Below, piece by piece: positions 62,708-64,000 of a DNA stretch of 64,000 bases. This DNA is from Eledone cirrhosa. Lineage: Eukaryota. The position numbers and the translations under genes were made by a program. Numbering within the stretch: the stretch's first letter is position 1; each line of letters starts with the position of its first letter. The notes beneath the pieces were generated by a model. That model made no database searches. It worked only from the letters and a program-made list of their open reading frames with translations, and was not told the origin of the DNA. The stretch spans positions 325,500,001-325,564,000 of the forward strand of contig OZ024743.1 in NCBI GenBank assembly GCA_964016885.1. Reading direction: 5' to 3'.

Positions 62708-64000
62708 CACAAACATATATATGTATATATATATATATATTCATACACACACACACACACACATATATATAAAATAGTAAAAAAGAAGAAAACAGTAGAA
62801 AATGGTAAAGGGATTTTCTCTCAGAATAACATCAAAACATTTATTTACAAAATAGGAATTTCCGCATTTAATTGTACTGATTTCAGCTTATACGCTTTTT
62901 CAACGACGGAAGTGTATAATGCAATTAAATTGCATATTAATGAGAATAAGAATATGGGGGAAAAGTTTTGTTTTTACATACATATTTAGGGAGAAAAGTT
63001 CACATTTTTGTCTGTAGTTTTCTTTCTTTCTCTTTTAGTGCTAACCATAGCCGTACCAACAGTGTTGGTATGGTTAAGGTAATCCATGCTAACGTGGAAA
63101 ATGGATGTTAAACGGTGGTGATGATAATGATATATATTGGTTTTAAAGTTTTATTTCAACTTATACTTTGAATTAATTACTCCAGCCAGTAAAATTTCTT
63201 TTTCCACAGTTTTCCATTCTTTTCAGAGTTCTTTATTTGCTTACTTCAATGATCTTAAATGTTTCCTTCTTCTTCAACTAACTTCATGGCTCTATCTCTT
63301 CCCACTTCCCTCATCTTTGATCTCGATAGTTCTAAACAAGCAACACTTGACAGTGTTTCTCTCTCTCTCAAGCCCAGCCATGTAAAGATATGGTTTTATG
63401 GTTTTATTTCAACCTATATTTTGAATTAATTGATCCAGTTAGTAGAATATCTTTTTCCACAGTTTTCCATTCTTTTCGATGTTTTCCATTTGTTTACGCC
63501 ATGGCTCTATCATCATCTCTGCATCCCATCCACCTGCTCCCTATCCACTACCTTCTGGTTAGCTGTTTTAGCTGACATTTGCCTTGAACCCCCACCCCTC
63601 AGTTCTACAACCTTTCTGCTCATTGCTTTCCTCACTTACCCTGTTACATCACCAATGTTGATTACTACTCTGCAGACCACTGCTGCCATGAGTAAAGTAA
63701 GATTATGATTACGGGAAAGACGTGGACTCTGCAAACCCTAGTGAAGTCAACCCGTCTAGGAGGGTAGTGGCTCCAATTAATAATGATAGCACAGGGTAGA
63801 TGTGAACTCCGTAAGCTGTAGTGAAAACAACCCATCTAGGAGAGTAGACACTCCAAATAAAAACTGATACAGGGTAGAGAGGACTCTTAAGTCCAGTAAG
63901 ACAACCTTTTCTAGTGCTGGTAGCACAAATAATGCACCCAATCCATACTGTAAAGTGGTTGGTGATAGGAAGGACACCTAGCCATAAAAACTTTGCCAAA

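Overview
AT-rich, microsatellite-dense animal genomic DNA. The repeat landscape resembles a coleoid cephalopod such as Octopus; this is inference only. Host-gene content: the last three coding exons of a ZGPAT orthologue on the minus strand (59486-59353, 58179-58097, 38958-38820, phases consistent, ending ...NAHKKLTIF*), and a probable plus-strand terminal exon (21643-22373) encoding an unrecognised octapeptide-repeat tail. Most other sequence is mobile DNA: RTE, R4/Dong, Tx1 and CR1 LINEs, four Penelope-like elements, mariner/Tc1 relics, TTAA-flanked MITEs and two tRNA-derived SINE families. Main things worth follow-up: (1) a 4.1-kb 25-bp minisatellite in the last ZGPAT intron that reads as about 165 tandem CAG|GTGAG juxtaposed splice sites on the sense strand; (2) nine hammerhead-ribozyme motifs of several designs (six with a readable fold, three degenerate), tied to Penelope pLTRs and fold-back insertions; (3) a SINE that shares its 3' tail with a Tx1 LINE; (4) an apparently perfect 274-bp inverted duplication; (5) two dense candidate enhancers. 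All calls were made by eye, with no database search, so element boundaries are approximate.
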